DNA from: Girardia tigrina
Lineage: Eukaryota
Assembly: GCA_001938485.1 (NCBI GenBank)
Contig: MQRK01227105.1
Location: 10,077 to 63,034 of the forward strand
Direction of reading: 5' to 3'
Length of the DNA: 52,958 nt
Shown: positions 51,086 through 52,958 of the stretch, piece after piece
Layout: each line of letters starts with the position of its first letter
Position numbering within the stretch: position 1 is the first letter of the stretch
The notes under the pieces: generated by a model
Told to the model about the DNA's origin: nothing
The model's input: the letters and a program-made list of their open reading frames with translations, nothing else
Database searches by the model: none
Made by a program: the position numbers and the translations under genes

Positions 51086-52702
51086 TTATTTTCCGGCCGT
51101 AAACGATCTCGAAAGGTGAGAATTTAGTCGAATCTTGCACAGTTGCATTGAGACTGAATTCAATCCGAGGCAACCTAAAAATGACCGAAGTTGAGAACAG
51201 TGCGGTTCCTCTGCGTTTTCAATCTTTTTGATTTTCATATTATTCGTCCGAATACCTTCTGCATTTATGGTGTGACCCAAAAAAACTAACTCATCTTGAT
51301 GAAACTAACATTTTTCCGGATTTATTTTTAACCCCCATTGACTTAACCGCCGAAATACTTTTCTCAGAATATTGTCATGGTCCTCTAGCGTTTTACCATA
51401 CACCAGAATATCATCTAAATAAACAAGTACTCCTTTGAAAATCATACCTTCAAGCATCTCATGCATTAACCACTGAAATGTCGCTGGTGCCGTTGACAGA
51501 CAGAATGGCATCTGATTGTCCTTATTTAGAAATGAACGCTGTACAAAGTTTAGATTCCTCTGACAAATCAACTTGGTAATATGCTTGACCCAAGTCTATT
51601 GATGAAAACCACCGTGACTCTGACAAACAATCCAACAGTAAATGAGTGTCGGGCATCGGAAACGAAACTTTGTTCGTCACAGCATTTAACAAACGATAGT
51701 CGACGCACATTCTTATGGATCCATCTTTCTTACCCACGATTACCAGCGGTGAGTTCCATGGACTTTTGTATGACCGAATAATGTTCGACTGCAAAAAATT
51801 ATGTATCATTTCATCAATCTTACTCTCCAAATGCATCGGCTGTCGGCGGGGATGTTGGCTTATTGGTACATTTCTTGTCACAATGTGATGTTGGATCTTC
51901 CGAGTATGTCCCAAATCAAACTTTGAATATATTTCCAAATTCACAGATAAGCTGTTGAGGAGCTTCCTGTTTGTGATTCTTGTGCCGTTCCAGGGCTAAA
52001 CTCGTCCGCTCCTCATCAGTATGAGTATTCTTCAATAAATATGCGTCAATATTATTAACTTCTAATAGTTGTACTCCAAACATCTGCATAGTGTCAATAC
52101 CGCCAATGAACGGTAGATGTGGTGTTACACAATGACCACCTTGATTTTCCTCAACTTTTTGTTCCAACGAATATCTAATAAAACAACACCCATGGGCATA
52201 TCAGTACCGGTCGAAAACACACCGTTTAATCGAACTCCTGATTCTGAAAGTCTTGGTTCTCCAATCTTCGCCAATATTCTTCATTCATCACCGTAACCGA
52301 TGCTCCGAATCCCATAACATCTCTAAACGAACACCTTCCACCTCTACCGTACTCCACATTCTTCTGTCAGTTGACTTCCGCATCTCGTCCCGCTTTTCCA
52401 CATTCCGATTTTTGCTCTCATCATTTATTCCAATCATTGAAATATAAGCATTTCATCCGTTTTTGAATCCTTCCATAATTCCCCAGCTTCTTCAGACAAT
52501 AATAAATCAAATGCACTCTCCAAAGGCAAGTCATTTAATGACAGCCATTCCTCGATATCCTTTAGCCATTTTCCCGCTTCTTGCGAATCTCTACCGTCAA
52601 ACTTACGGACATTGAAATTGAGAACTTCTTGAGTCTTCTTCGGCAGCGACGCAAGTAAAATATTTCTTTGTTGGCTTCTCGTAATTGCGTTGATATTTTC
52701 GG
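51086..52702 (-). mobile_element. Decayed Ty3/Gypsy gag-pol
   Basis: Gag FDG..AGKWL; GIDTM (protease end); RT motifs SPWNSPLVIV.KKDGSIRMCVDYR.LN, FSSIDL..AYYQ, MPFCL..APATFQ, YLDDILV, LKINPEKC, FLGHTI..GI, LRSFLG; multiple frameshifts. Confidence 0.92.
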
Positions 52703-52713
52703 CGTGGTCGCCA
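52703..52713 (-). promoter_or_regulatory. Probable primer-binding site (tRNA-Arg type) of the Gypsy element; 5' LTR likely extends to the window end
   Basis: TGGCGACCACG on the minus strand directly after ...ACGTAAC and before gag. Confidence 0.55.
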
Positions 52714-52958
52714 GTTACGTTTTTGATTTCTTTAAAATCCATTCTCAAAGTCAAATCAAAACTATATTTCAAATCGCGTAAACAAACAATATTTAATAAT
52801 TAATCCATCACACATAACTTATAATAAATAATTAATATACTTTATGAGGGGTTAATTTTAAATTTTTATCTCACCTGAATAGTTTATTATTTTTTTTGAT
52901 TTAAAGGGTAAAATATTTTTATGTTAATTTGCTTACTAAATATTTTAAAAATTAAAAA

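Overview
AT-rich animal (metazoan) genomic scaffold, essentially a transposon graveyard, with four N-gaps (9507-10163, 16617-16990, 18244-18293, 40461-40552). Base composition, ~50-nt GT-AG introns and the repeat spectrum would fit a planarian-like flatworm, but the species cannot be established from the window. No conserved intact housekeeping gene is visible. The main structure the ORF track misses is a family of three ~3-kb non-coding TG...CA elements with 4-bp target-site duplications (1502-5036 +, 33824-36730 -, 42736-45906 -), plus part of a fourth relative (45907-~48127 +). They look like unusually long solo LTRs and share a terminal motif identical to the tRNA-Pro 3' end, GC-rich RNA-structure islands and a multi-intron non-coding leader. 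Other mobile DNA: shorter solo LTRs, several nested; decayed Gypsy, BEL/Pao, Penelope (one with a degenerate hammerhead), RTE-like LINE, mariner/maT, IS630-Tc1, pogo, MULE, hAT and piggyBac pieces; several MITEs; and an in-frame Gag-piggyBac chimeric ORF. Non-transposon relics: pseudogenes of SBDS, a DEAD-box helicase and a C2H2 protein; a 28S rRNA fragment starting at the hidden-break boundary; and a duplicated 3-exon orphan microgene. All family assignments come from motif recognition by eye, not database searches.
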